Positions 1-10,386 are shown, counted from the stretch's first letter. The stretch: DNA of 64,000 bases from an uncultured Methanosarcinaceae archaeon (GCA_963847185.1 CAWJYV010000004.1:128001-192000); one strand, 5' to 3'. The notes: generated by a model not told the origin, from the sequence alone. Numbers and translations are program-made.

Positions 1-71
1 TCAATGAAAGGAAGGGATCTAAAGGAACCTTCTTGAAGAAAGTTCAGAACATCAGGTAAAAGAACAATTAA

Positions 72-165
72 CGGGCCCGCCGCGATTCGAACACGAGTCA
101 ATGGGTCTCTTCGTAATAGAATTACTTCGAAGCCCATTAGGATATCCTGGCTACCCTACGAGCCC
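72..165 (-). tRNA. tRNA-Arg(UCG) with 20-nt intron at 37/38 (intron 107..126)
   Basis: Minus strand GGGCTCG...CGGGCCCG acceptor stem, TTCGAA T-loop and ATGGG/CCCAT anticodon stem with TCG. A bulge-helix-bulge motif (CTTC/GAAG helix, GAA and AGA bulges) flanks the intron. Confidence 0.93.
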
Positions 166-647
166 GCAGTGCAGCATAGTGATAGAAGCAATCCATATTA
201 AAGGTTTCTCTCAAAATAAAGAGAAAGGAAAGGACAGAACCTGGAAAACTTCAGTACAAGGAATTTTGATAAACTGAATATACAGTCAGGTGAAATTTAA
301 TTAACTGAAAATACAGCCAAATAAAGTTTAATTATTTGAGAATACAGGACAAATGATTAAAAAAATATATTAAGTTGAACAATATAGTAAATAATATAAA
401 AAGTAAAAAATGTCGCGCCTGATTGTCTAATCAGGACCAGTGTTAAATTATAATATTAAACTATCAAGATTAAACAGCCTATATAAATCTACCAATAAAT
501 ATCACGTTTATTTTAGGCCTGGACAGTTGCCGGCACTCGTGGAAATTTAGAAGTCGTTCTAACTATTTCAGACCTGGATTCTACTGAATCTTATACTTCA
601 AAAATACAGATAAAAAACAAAAAGATATAAAAACGAAGGTATAATAA

Positions 648-1370
648 ATGAAGAGAGTTTCGACAGGCATAGAAGAGCTGGACAAAAAGTTGATTGGGGG
701 TTACCCTGCAAATAAAGTGACCCTTATTACGGGTGTAGCAGGAAGTGGAAAAACAATCTTCGGACTCCATTTCATTTACAAAAACTGTCTTGAAGGCAGG
801 AAATGTCTGATTATTGCAACTGAAGAAACTCCTGAAGATATCCTATATCAGGCAAAAATATTAGGGAAAGACCTCACTCCTTATTATGAGAGCAAAAGGC
901 TAATCATAGAAAACATGTTTGAGCACCGCTCCGAACTAATGGAGCAGACAAGATACGGCTTTAAGCCCGAAAGTCCGGATATTGAAATCCCCAACCTTGT
1001 TAAATTAATAAATGAAGGAACTGAATGCCTTGTCATAGACAATATAGGAACTTTTGCTCTCAGAGTATCTACAAAAAAACTCAGAGACCAGTTTGACGGG
1101 TTAAATTACCTGGTAAGAAAAAAAGGCTGTACTGCTCTTTTGATCATGGACGAATCCGCACATGATATGACCCATCAACTTGCCGAATACTCGGTATACG
1201 GGTCTATCCGCCTGCTGGTAAAAGAAAACTCTTACCTTGGAAAAATGGAACGTTACCTGAGTATACCCAAGATGCGTAGCACGCCTATTTCTCCCGAAAT
1301 GTCTGTTTTTGAGATAACTTCCGAAGGAGTTAAGATTCATGAGTCAAGGGGCGAAAATATTGCTGAATAA
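648..1370 (+). CDS. KaiC-like/RAD55-family single-domain RecA-fold ATPase
   Basis: N-terminal STGIEELD..GGYP, Walker A GVAGSGKT, TEE motif, Walker B LVIDN, C-terminal KMR motif. Confidence 0.88.
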   Translation: MKRVSTGIEELDKKLIGGYPANKVTLITGVAGSGKTIFGLHFIYKNCLEGRKCLIIATEETPEDILYQAKILGKDLTPYYESKRLIIENMFEHRSELMEQTRYGFKPESPDIEIPNLVKLINEGTECLVIDNIGTFALRVSTKKLRDQFDGLNYLVRKKGCTALLIMDESAHDMTHQLAEYSVYGSIRLLVKENSYLGKMERYLSIPKMRSTPISPEMSVFEITSEGVKIHESRGENIAE

Positions 1371-2217
1371 AAAAAATAAACTGAAAATCCTCATTGTAGA
1401 TGACATGCAGGAAAATATAGAACTTTTGAAAGAATACCTTTCAGCAGAGCCCTATTCTCTAATCACTGCCTGCAGCGGGGAAGAAGCTCTCCAGAAAACA
1501 AAAGAAGAAAAACCCGATCTTGTTCTTCTGGATATTCTTATACCTGACATGAGTGGCTATGATGTTTGCAAAAGTATCAAAAACGATCCTGAAACCCAGT
1601 TTATTCAGGTGCTGATGCTTACTGCTCTTACGGAACTTGAAGACAGGATCAGAGGGATCGAAGCCGGAGCTGATGATTTTCTAATAAAACCGATTAGAAA
1701 GCTGGAACTCAGCACCAGAGTAAAATCCCTGCTTCGGGTAAAATCCATGCATGACAGACTGGTAACTGACCGTAACAATCTTGAGATTAAAAACAGGATA
1801 CAGAGTATCCTTACGGCAATAATTCCCACTTTGCTCCAGTCTATTTCAAATGAAGAGAAGAAGATTGTCATTAACCAGATGACAGGTATGGTCGAAAAAA
1901 TGCTTCTTGACATGTACCATTTTGAGAATAGGAAAATGGACTTCGCTTACGCCGGGGAGGTTTGTGCCGAAATCATGAATCAGTTAGGTGGAAACTTTTC
2001 CTTTATGATAGGTGAAAATGAAAAATTCTGGATAATAAAAGGAGCAAAGTGCCCCTGGGGGGGAGAAGAAGCCCGCAAAAACCCGATTTTATGCACTCTG
2101 ACCCGAAAAATCTTTTCAAGTGTAACTCTCAAAGTGGACTCCGACTTCATTCTTGAGGCGCGCAAAACGATAGGTAATAAAAACGACTGCTGTGAGTTCC
2201 TTATTAAAATAGAATGA
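1339..2217 (+). CDS. Response regulator receiver domain fused to a V4R-like methanogen output domain
   Basis: ILIVDD, LLD phosphoacceptor, LTA, ADDFLIKP. The C-terminal CPWG...LC...CCEF pattern resembles V4R/MetOD1. Confidence 0.85.
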   Translation: MSQGAKILLNKKNKLKILIVDDMQENIELLKEYLSAEPYSLITACSGEEALQKTKEEKPDLVLLDILIPDMSGYDVCKSIKNDPETQFIQVLMLTALTELEDRIRGIEAGADDFLIKPIRKLELSTRVKSLLRVKSMHDRLVTDRNNLEIKNRIQSILTAIIPTLLQSISNEEKKIVINQMTGMVEKMLLDMYHFENRKMDFAYAGEVCAEIMNQLGGNFSFMIGENEKFWIIKGAKCPWGGEEARKNPILCTLTRKIFSSVTLKVDSDFILEARKTIGNKNDCCEFLIKIE

Positions 2218-2423
2218 TATTATTGGCCAGAAAAATGAAAGAGCGAAGAATAAGAAATTGAATTTATTCCCAGAGCCATCAAATAAATATACAGGTAAGG
2301 AGCTGGAGCAAAATTATACAGGTAAGGAAGCTGGAAAGGGTGTTTTTTCAGCTAATAAACTTTAAAGAATATATATTTAAAATAAGTAATTCACCAGCAG
2401 TCTATTTCATACCTATAATAAGT

Positions 2424-3134
2424 TTACTTCATAGCGCTAAGAATTCTCATCCCTTCTGATGTGATATCAAATAAAGAATATTTTACAGGGACAGCTTTGT
2501 TTCGCATTTTTTCGATATAGAGATACTGTTTAGTCTTCCCTGCGCTGAGATTCTCCTGCGACATGAGCCGGATCAACCCAAAAGCCATATAACCTGCAAG
2601 CCTGTGGGTCATTTCGTAAGAATCCTCATCCATAATAAAGAGGCTTGTACATCCATTTTTTTGAAGAATTATACTTATCGAGCTAAATTCATCCGCAAAT
2701 TCCCTTATATCGTAATTTATAGCCATTACACCAATATTATCAATGACTACAACATCAACTTCAGAAGATATTATGCTAAGATATTCTATTATATCCGCGT
2801 CCACGGAGCAGAGTCCTTTCCCAAATTTGGAAACGAATTTTATTTTATTCATTTTGTCTTCAAAAATATTTCTGATACTAAGCTGCCCACTCTCCAGAAA
2901 AGGTCTCAGGTCAAGGTTTAGACTTCCTGACTGGCTGAGGATATCCTCCGTAAGTTCCCTTGTAAGAATAAGTATGCATTTCTTGCCTTCCTGGCAGCTC
3001 CTGTGCAGGAAATGCAGCCCCATAATGGTTTTTCCGGAGCCAGTAGGACCTGTGACCAGAATACCTTTTCCTTTAGGATATCCCCCATCCATAAGTGAGT
3101 CAAGCCCTTCGATTCCCGTAGATAAACTCTCCAT
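2424..3134 (-). CDS. Second KaiC-like/RAD55-family ATPase
   Basis: STGIEGLD..GGYP, GPTGSGKT, VVIDN, EKMR. Clear paralog of 648..1370. Confidence 0.88.
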   Translation of the reverse strand: MESLSTGIEGLDSLMDGGYPKGKGILVTGPTGSGKTIMGLHFLHRSCQEGKKCILILTRELTEDILSQSGSLNLDLRPFLESGQLSIRNIFEDKMNKIKFVSKFGKGLCSVDADIIEYLSIISSEVDVVVIDNIGVMAINYDIREFADEFSSISIILQKNGCTSLFIMDEDSYEMTHRLAGYMAFGLIRLMSQENLSAGKTKQYLYIEKMRNKAVPVKYSLFDITSEGMRILSAMK

Positions 3135-3254
3135 TTTATCACATCTTAAATGTTCTTAATATTATAATCTGTTTTAAGTAATATGTTCTTCCATCAAAGA
3201 CAAATCAGTATATAACAAGCTAACAAGCAAACCCTTAGGAAATAAACTCCTGAA

Positions 3255-3306
3255 ATGCAAATTATGAATGCAAATTATGAATGCAAATTATGAACGCAAA
3301 TTATGA
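3255..3306. repeat. 13-bp tandem repeat x4 (ATGCAAATTATGA)
   Basis: Three perfect copies and one single-mismatch copy, intergenic. Confidence 0.9.
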
Positions 3307-3316
3307 AAGCAGGTTA

Positions 3317-3994
3317 TCAATCAAGGTATCTTTCTTTAAATTCCGAAATCTGCTTATTGCTTCCTATAACAGCAACCATATCTCCTTCCTTTATTGCAGT
3401 CTTTCTGGAAATATCAGTTATAACAACTCTTCCCCTTTCAATGCCTATAATAGTGCATCCGATTTTTCTTTCCAGGTCCAGGTCTTCTATTGACTTATTC
3501 TCAAGAAGGGAGCCCTTTTCAATACGGTGCTTTTCAATCTCTATACCCTCATAAAGCATTATGTCTTCATCTATCCTGCAGATTTTTCCCACACAATTCG
3601 CAGTCATTTTGGCAAGCATCTGGCCAGCTACTATGGAAAGAGAACTGACATAGTCCGCACCTGCCTTGTAAATCTTATCTATAGATTTTACCGAGTTTGC
3701 CCTTGCCACAATGGTATTTTCAGGACTCAAACTTCTGCAGATGAGGGTTGCAAAAATAATATTTGTATCGTCATTAAGGGCTACAAACACAAAAGAAGCG
3801 GTTTTTACTCCAGCCGCGATCAGGACCTCTTCATCCGCTCCGTTGCCAACTAAATATTCAAAGTCAACGTTCTCAAAGACGTTTTCGTTAGAGTCCACAA
3901 CTACAAAACGAAATGGTCCTCCGGCGAGAGTGCTGACGATACTTTTTCCAACATCTCCGTATCCAAGTACGACCAGATGCCCCTTTGACTCCAT
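3317..3994 (-). CDS. TrkA-family RCK (TrkA-N + TrkA-C) potassium uptake/regulatory protein
   Basis: LVVLGYGDVG Rossmann motif, AGADYV, C-terminal IIGIERG...GDMVAVIG TrkA-C. Confidence 0.88.
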   Translation of the reverse strand: MESKGHLVVLGYGDVGKSIVSTLAGGPFRFVVVDSNENVFENVDFEYLVGNGADEEVLIAAGVKTASFVFVALNDDTNIIFATLICRSLSPENTIVARANSVKSIDKIYKAGADYVSSLSIVAGQMLAKMTANCVGKICRIDEDIMLYEGIEIEKHRIEKGSLLENKSIEDLDLERKIGCTIIGIERGRVVITDISRKTAIKEGDMVAVIGSNKQISEFKERYLD

Positions 3995-4113
3995 TTTTAA
4001 CTCCAGAATTTTCAGAATTACTAATTTGAAGTTTAACTAAAGATTTATTGCGCAATACTCAGAAATTTTTTATTTATACAGATAAAATTTATAATGTATA
4101 TCAAACTATCGGC

Positions 4114-5160
4114 TTAGTGCGTCAATTTTTTCAGATTTGAAAGTCCTTCACGAGTTCCAACAGCCAGTAGAACTGAATTTTCCCGGACTACATCTTCTTC
4201 CTTAGGATCAAAGGAAAGAGTCCCACTTTTCCAGATTCCAACAACTTTAGCACCTGTCAATTTCTGCTGATTGGAAATCTCCTTAATCGTTTTTCCTATA
4301 AGGGGGCTTTTCAGGTAAATAGGAAATTCAACTACATGAACGCCCGCGAAAATCTCCGTTGATCCGGTTACCCTGCTCACAAGCCTATCCATGGCTTTTT
4401 TTCCTATAAATTGCCCGAGCATTGATTTGGGAGAGACAACTGTATCGGCTCCTGCGTATTTAAGGTATTTTGAGTTGGATCTATCCTCGACAATGGCAAT
4501 TATATTGAGATGCTGATACTCTCTGGCTGTGAGTACGATATTCGCATTTCTTTCATCGGACTTGTTGGCAATAAGGAGTCTGGCTCTCTCAATACCGGCG
4601 TTAATAAGAGTCTGTTTATCACTTGAGGACCCAAAAATGCAGGAAATACCCTTATAAGAAAGTTCCCTGACCAAATCTTCTTCATCTTCTATTATAACAA
4701 AAAACAGTTCTTCCTCTGTGAGTTCATCTATTAGAGTCTCGACAAGCTGATTATACCCGCAGATAATAATATGATCTTTCACGCCAGAAGAGACTTTTCT
4801 TGGCAACCTGAACTTGATAACTTTGTCCATCCAGGGAGTGACAACGTAAGTTACAAGAAAATCAGAAATCAGGATGAGACCTAAAATCTGTACAATTATG
4901 GAAAAAATCCTGCCTGCCAGAGAAGTAAAGACTATATCACCGTATCCAACCGTTGCAATGGTAGTGGTGGCCCAGTAGATAGCAGTGATAAAATTTGCGT
5001 TTTCAGGCTTATTCTCAAGAATCATGAGATATTCGAAAAGCAGGACATATGTAATGAGCAGGAACACAGCTGCAATCTTGTATGCCAGGTGGGCTTTTTT
5101 ACGGATAATCTTTCGAAATTGGACCCCATTATTAGTTTTTTTTCTACCTGAAATAGACAT
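4114..5160 (-). CDS. Potassium channel (2TM pore + RCK domains)
   Basis: Selectivity filter TIATVGYGD between two TM helices, followed by HIIICGY RCK and TrkA-C. Confidence 0.93.
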   Translation of the reverse strand: MSISGRKKTNNGVQFRKIIRKKAHLAYKIAAVFLLITYVLLFEYLMILENKPENANFITAIYWATTTIATVGYGDIVFTSLAGRIFSIIVQILGLILISDFLVTYVVTPWMDKVIKFRLPRKVSSGVKDHIIICGYNQLVETLIDELTEEELFFVIIEDEEDLVRELSYKGISCIFGSSSDKQTLINAGIERARLLIANKSDERNANIVLTAREYQHLNIIAIVEDRSNSKYLKYAGADTVVSPKSMLGQFIGKKAMDRLVSRVTGSTEIFAGVHVVEFPIYLKSPLIGKTIKEISNQQKLTGAKVVGIWKSGTLSFDPKEEDVVRENSVLLAVGTREGLSNLKKLTH

Positions 5161-5357
5161 ACTTGGTTCCTGCCTGATTTCTTCTAATATAATTAGCTAA
5201 AATATCTTATAGTTGTTACTGAAGATCTAATGATAAATCTGCGACATCTTTAGTCATTACGAGCAAAAAACCTTATAGATGATGAAAAAAGAAAAAGGTG
5301 CTAACTCAGGCCTTCGAGTTTATTGAAGGCCTGAAGTAATGAAGCATTTGATACCGA

Positions 5358-7154
5358 TTAGATCCACTGTCCTATGAAGGGCCCGAATATCATAAACATA
5401 AACGAAAACAATATCAGCATCGAGAAGCTCGCTGTGATAGAGTTTGAAACCTTTTCTGACGTCTTTTCACTTCTGGTAAGCCTGTACACAAAGGAATAGG
5501 TGTAGTCCTTAAATACGTGGCCTCCGTCCAGAGGTACTGCAGGCAGGCAGTTGAACAGGCCCACATAGAAATTCAGCCAGCCGACCCAGAGCAGGGTATT
5601 TGCAATCCAGAAAATTCCGATTCCCAGAGGTTCTGCCCAGCCCACCGGATGATAAAACTGCATTATCGTGCCTGAAAAGCCGCGGAACCCTTCGCCGGCA
5701 AATCCGTAGATAGGAAGCCCGAAAAGGACAATCCATCCTGCAGGCATTGTAAGCCAGGACGGGATTTGCTTGAGAGCTTCAAGATATAATTTTGCCTGTG
5801 GCATCCAGATAGAGATTCCGAGTATAGGGCTTTCTGCAACCTGGTTATTCCCGTAGATAACTCCAAGGAAGCCGTGCTCGCTTTCGGTGGGATTGGAAGC
5901 CAATTTCACATTATAGATAAGAGTGCCGTTTTCGGTGAGATTGCCAGTATAATTTGCAGGAGGCTGCAGTTCAATCTCTATGATCTGGTTTGCCTTAGTT
6001 GTCTCCATGAAGTTTACGAAGTTTGCAACATTTTGCATTTTTGTATCATTGATCCGGATCATAGTCATTCCGGTTTCAATCCCTGCAACTTCTGCCGGAC
6101 TTTCTTTAACAACTCCTCCTACGGTCACTCCAGGGACATAATTATTTTGAGCTGAAGCGGTTTTTACATCATGTACGGAAGCAACTCCGTCTTTAGTAGT
6201 ATAAATGCGCACGAAGTCCCCAGGTTTGACGGTTTCAAGATAGGTCAGGAGATCTATGGCTGTGCTGACATTCTTATTATCAACCTGTGTTATTACCATA
6301 TCTTTCTGGAGCCCTGCAATATCGGCAGGCGAGCTTTCGTTTACACTCAGGATCATGGCATCACTCAGAGGAGCAATTGCCCCTAACACGGGTCCGAAAA
6401 AGAGCAGGAAAGCGATAAAAGCAACTGTGAAATTGGCCATAACACCTGCGGCAAGAATTCTGGCTCTTTGAGTCCTTGTGGCAGCTATTATAGGCTCGGA
6501 TTTTGTCTCCATGGGTTGAAGAGTCTCAGTTTTCTGCCTTTTTTTCTCTTCTTCCTCCCACGTTTTGATTTCCTCGATAGAGGCTGTGAGAGGTAGTTCC
6601 TTTTTTGCTTCTTCCTTCTTTCCGAAAAGCTGCTCATCATCAGGCTCTGCAAAACCTCCAACAGGAACCAGGGCAAGCAGAATTCCCATAGACTTGACCC
6701 TGATATTTTCAACCCTGCAAAGAATAGCATGGGAGAACTCATGCACGACAAGGGTGACTATGAGCGCAATTACTCCCCAGGTAAAGGGAATAAATTCGTT
6801 TATCCCGGGTATTAAAAAGATATTTCTTGGAGCATTATATTTTCCAGGCTCCGGCATATTCCCATTCAGGAAAGAAGTATAAAGCGCAATGTCCGAAAGG
6901 GCGATAACCAGAAACATGGCTATCATGCCTGCAAACATCATGAGGATTCCAAGGTTTGCAAAGTTTCTCCAGTAAGATTTCGGACGGGCCAGTACATCCA
7001 GCAGTTTCAGGCCCTTTGTCGTCCTGATCATAAGAATAGGAAGCGGCCCGAAGGTACTTATGTTATATTTCTTCAGAATACCTTTCCTGTCAAGAACGGA
7101 GATAACGAACCAGTACAGTAAAAAAATACCCAGTGCAATGCTTGTGCTATTCAA
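5358..7154 (-). CDS. Site-2 (M50) intramembrane metalloprotease with two PDZ domains
   Basis: HEFSH zinc motif, NCLPAVPLDGGH motif, two SPA..AG PDZ segments, multiple TM helices. Confidence 0.92.
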   Translation of the reverse strand: MNSTSIALGIFLLYWFVISVLDRKGILKKYNISTFGPLPILMIRTTKGLKLLDVLARPKSYWRNFANLGILMMFAGMIAMFLVIALSDIALYTSFLNGNMPEPGKYNAPRNIFLIPGINEFIPFTWGVIALIVTLVVHEFSHAILCRVENIRVKSMGILLALVPVGGFAEPDDEQLFGKKEEAKKELPLTASIEEIKTWEEEEKKRQKTETLQPMETKSEPIIAATRTQRARILAAGVMANFTVAFIAFLLFFGPVLGAIAPLSDAMILSVNESSPADIAGLQKDMVITQVDNKNVSTAIDLLTYLETVKPGDFVRIYTTKDGVASVHDVKTASAQNNYVPGVTVGGVVKESPAEVAGIETGMTMIRINDTKMQNVANFVNFMETTKANQIIEIELQPPANYTGNLTENGTLIYNVKLASNPTESEHGFLGVIYGNNQVAESPILGISIWMPQAKLYLEALKQIPSWLTMPAGWIVLFGLPIYGFAGEGFRGFSGTIMQFYHPVGWAEPLGIGIFWIANTLLWVGWLNFYVGLFNCLPAVPLDGGHVFKDYTYSFVYRLTRSEKTSEKVSNSITASFSMLILFSFMFMIFGPFIGQWI

Positions 7155-7427
7155 GGAAATTCTCCGAATATTAAGCTGAACAAATTATAGCTTTAAAATA
7201 AATTATAACTTTATAAGCTAATGTATTAATTGTGGTTTAACTATCCATTTTTATGTCTGTTGATTTATGTTACTATTTAATAAAATTTCGCTTCAATAAA
7301 GAAGCCAATGATGTACGCTTTTCAACAGGAATCTTGGTCCAGAACTAAAAGCCATAGGACTCAAAGCCGTTATTCGTGCCTTTAAATGAGTTGCTGAGTT
7401 GTAAGTTACAATCTGGTCAACAAGAAT

Positions 7428-7497
7428 CAGCCTGAGTTATGGGGTATCAGCCTAGGTTATGAGGCTTTAGCCTGAGTTATGGGGTTTCAGTTTGAGT
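7428..7497. repeat. Imperfect 20-bp tandem repeat x3.5 (CAGCCTGAGTTATGGGGTAT)
   Basis: Seen directly in the intergenic region. Confidence 0.75.
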
Positions 7498-7943
7498 ACA
7501 AAGTATCAGTTATTCAATATGAAACTATGTAGTAATACGGTTTTCAATTTAAGATTACGAGACAATTAATTCATAATATTAGTCCGTGTCCTTAATGCTA
7601 TTCCGTACTCTACAATACACGGAAGCATCATAGTGCTTTTTGTTATTTTAAATTCGCTATATTTTGAGGGCTCCTTTTGCCATTGGCTCTTTTTTGAGAA
7701 TGGTATATAATAAATACATGATAATTATATAAAAAGATATATGGAAATTGGGGATTCAGTGATACTCAGGAAAAGTGACTAGGTCAGTTATGGAAATTAA
7801 TTTTGCAACTAAAGATCAATCTTATATCGAAAACAAAAAAAATTCACTTGGTTAAGATATTTCACTTTATTAAGTTATAGAGAAAAAAATAATTACATCA
7901 AATATTGTTTGATGTTCTGAATTTTCCCGAGGTGTTTACTTAT

Positions 7944-8261
7944 ATGCTTGGAATTATATACATAACTGCAGGAAGCATGGAGAATGCATCAGGAATCGCA
8001 AAAGAACTGGTTTCAAAGAGGCTTGCAGCCTGCGTGAACATGTTCCCGGTGTCTTCAATCTACAGGTGGAACGAAAAGATAGTGGAAGATAACGAGATCG
8101 CCATGTTCGCAAAAACGGATTCATCCCATCTTGAGGAAATAACGAGAGTAGTAAAATCATTGCATACATACGAGCTGCCTGCAATTGAATTTTGGGGAAT
8201 CGAAGGAGAAGAAGATTACCTTGACTGGATTCGCGTAAATGTCTCAGAAGAAGGTGCATGA
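7944..8261 (+). CDS. cutA: Divalent-cation tolerance protein CutA
   Basis: LAACVN, SIYRW and HTYELPAI motifs. SD GAGGTG favours the ATG at 7944 over the TTG at 7905. Confidence 0.92.
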   Translation: MLGIIYITAGSMENASGIAKELVSKRLAACVNMFPVSSIYRWNEKIVEDNEIAMFAKTDSSHLEEITRVVKSLHTYELPAIEFWGIEGEEDYLDWIRVNVSEEGA

Positions 8262-8389
8262 AAACTTCATAAACCATGTTAATCACCTTCAGCTTCAAAA
8301 AAGAGGAGAATTAACTCATTTACAGGATTAGCTTTATATGCTAGTTGTCTATTTAGCATATTGGCTTCCATAAATTAGCTTCCATAAAT

Positions 8390-8472
8390 GCGGGAGTAAC
8401 CAAGCGGTCAACGGTGGCAGACTCAAGATCTGTTCGTGCAGACGTTCAGGGGTTCGAATCCCTTCTCCCGCA
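8390..8472 (+). tRNA. tRNA-Leu(CAA)
   Basis: GCGGGAG/CTCCCGC acceptor stem, GCAGA-CT-CAA-GA-TCTGT anticodon arm, long variable arm, GGTTCGAATCC. Confidence 0.95.
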
Positions 8473-8613
8473 CTAAACTCATTATAATTTCTTTTTTCAC
8501 TTAAGCTCTCATTTTCATTTATTTTTTCTAACATATCTATATGTCTTTTGAGTTGCGGCAAGGAACTGAATTACAGGCGCCAGATACATGGAAGACAGAG
8601 AACAATATATTCT

Positions 8614-8746
8614 GAGCTCATCCTAAAACTAATTAGGTCCTCAAAAATTAGTAAAGTTTCAGAACTATTTTTCCATGATCAGAAACTGGATTGATTATTC
8701 GGAATATGGGATTCAGAGAAGCAATTTTGAGTTTTGGGATGAACTC
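8614..8746. mobile_element. MITE family A copy (133 bp)
   Basis: Imperfect TIRs GAGCTCATCCTAAAACT / AGTTTTGGGATGAACTC. Differs by one base from 14887..15019. Confidence 0.85.
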
Positions 8747-9167
8747 TAAGAAATAATACCTTAAAACCTGAAGAAACTTGAAGAAATTGGAAGAAATTGG
8801 AAGAATTGAAGGTTAACTTCTTTTTTTAATACGTTCTATTGATAGTGTTTTTGTGCAGTAAATATGGCTGAATTTTTAACTTTTTTTAACCTTTTGTCTG
8901 ATGGCATTTTTAACCATGTAAAGTCAACTTTCTTTTTTCATTCATGCTTATTGATATTGCTTTTTGAATAAAAACCGGGTTGAAAAATTGATGTTTCTTG
9001 ACTTTCTTTTGTTGCTGTTTATATGTGCCAAAAGTGACAAAATACAACTGTCTTGGATATGCTGAATTAACACAAAAAGGGCAATTCCCTTTTAATATAC
9101 TCTCATGACTCTCGGTTGTTGGTCAAACAACGCAGAGCGACCACAGAGAGATAATTAAGTAAAAAAG

Positions 9168-9196
9168 TATCAGAAACATGTATTACATGTTTCTGA
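9168..9196 (-). terminator. Hairpin + U-tract after the 9211..9288 peptide gene
   Basis: TCAGAAACATG-TAATA-CATGTTTCTGA followed by TACTTTTTT on the minus strand. Confidence 0.6.
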
Positions 9197-9210
9197 AAAC
9201 GTTCTTGAAA

Positions 9211-9288
9211 TTATAGGAGATATGTGAAATCAAAATGAAAGCCGTTAATAATAGCAAAAAACTGACTAAAATTAAATGCAAACATCAT
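9211..9288 (-). CDS. 25-aa Phe-rich small peptide MMFAFNFSQFFAIINGFHFDFTYLL
   Basis: SD GGGGTGA 7 nt upstream, TATA-like ATTAAATA upstream, hairpin + U-tract downstream. Similar to the peptide at 15264. Confidence 0.6.
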   Translation of the reverse strand: MMFAFNFSQFFAIINGFHFDFTYLL

Positions 9289-9499
9289 GTCCTTTTCACC
9301 CCTTCTTAATTGCTCTTTTTCTATGAAGTGTTTTCAGAGCATAGGGTATTTAATTCTTTTTACATGTTTAACAGTCAGAATGTTAACTATTACTTTCACC
9401 AATAAGCTTGTTAAATTTTTTACTCTGAAATATTCATCAGAAGTATGTGTTCTTTAAATTTTATAGAACAGAACGACATAGTTAGATTGTAAGATAAAC

Positions 9500-9895
9500 C
9501 TAGATTCGTAGATGCGCAGGGAGCTTTGAGGGGGGCTTCCTGCACAATCTCTTCCTTCTAAATGCTTTCTCAAAAAATGGATTCTCTTTCTTTCTTGTTT
9601 CTCCTGAAAAAGGTATCCTTACATTTTGTGAACAGTATACCCTTTTCGGGTTATCTGTGGTAAAAGGGGTATTACATTCAATGCAGTTCTTTTGAATTTG
9701 GCCTTGCTCTTCTTTCCTGGCAGCTGGCTTATCTTCCTTATCATATTCAATATCTGGATTTTCCTGAACCACGTAACTATAAGCGCTTGATTCCTTTTCG
9801 ATGGGGGCTCCTAAGACTCTCTGGTTAATGAGAGTTTGAATCTGCAGGAAATAATTATTATACGTTGTTTTGAGGTCCTCTTCTCTTTGAGTCTT
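9500..9895 (-). pseudogene. 3' remnant of a coiled-coil + zinc-ribbon protein (paralog of 10387..11022)
   Basis: The frame extends upstream as REEDLKTTYNNYFLQIQTLINQR without a start. C-terminal CIEC...YCS. Confidence 0.65.
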
Positions 9896-9967
9896 GGAGA
9901 ATTAAGTAAAAATAGGTATCAGGAAATATGAAATTCACGTTCCTGATAGTGTTCTTGATATCATTTA

Positions 9968-10021
9968 TTATCTAAAGAATTCTAATAAAAATACATAAAA
10001 TTCCCAAGGGTATGGTAACAT
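9968..10021 (-). CDS. 17-aa hydrophobic small peptide MLPYPWEFYVFLLEFFR
   Basis: SD GAGGTGA 8 nt upstream. Same promoter and terminator context as 9211..9288 in a duplicated unit. Confidence 0.55.
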   Translation of the reverse strand: MLPYPWEFYVFLLEFFR

Positions 10022-10386
10022 GTTAATTTTCACCTCTTCTTAACAGATTCTTTTTCTTATAATATTAAAGACTGTCATGTATTTAATTATTTCTTCATGT
10101 TTTAATATATTTATTGAAAATTGAATATTTGTAAAAAAATATACCAAGGCCTCTTATTACCAGGTGCCTCTATAGCCTTCTAATTCTATAAGTTTGTTCA
10201 ATTTTTTGCCCTGAAAGATTATTCAGATGGATTTCTTCTTTAAATTTTATGAAAAAAGGATATAGTTAAATTGTAAGATAAACGCTGCCCCGTAGATATG
10301 CAGGGAGCTTTTGGGGGTCAACTCCCTGCAATTTAAAATCTATCTTTTCTCATTTTCTCCTATTAAACGCACTCCTGCATTTCTGA

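Noticed and set aside
1101-6882. Many short antisense/overlapping ORFs in the track (also throughout the window)
   Set aside because: Shadows of well-supported genes, with no SD or motifs.
8349-8561. 70-aa minus-strand ORF
   Set aside because: Antisense to tRNA-Leu.
9235-9309. 24-aa Lys-rich plus-strand ORF
   Set aside because: Antisense shadow of the 9288 peptide; the expression signals point to the minus strand.
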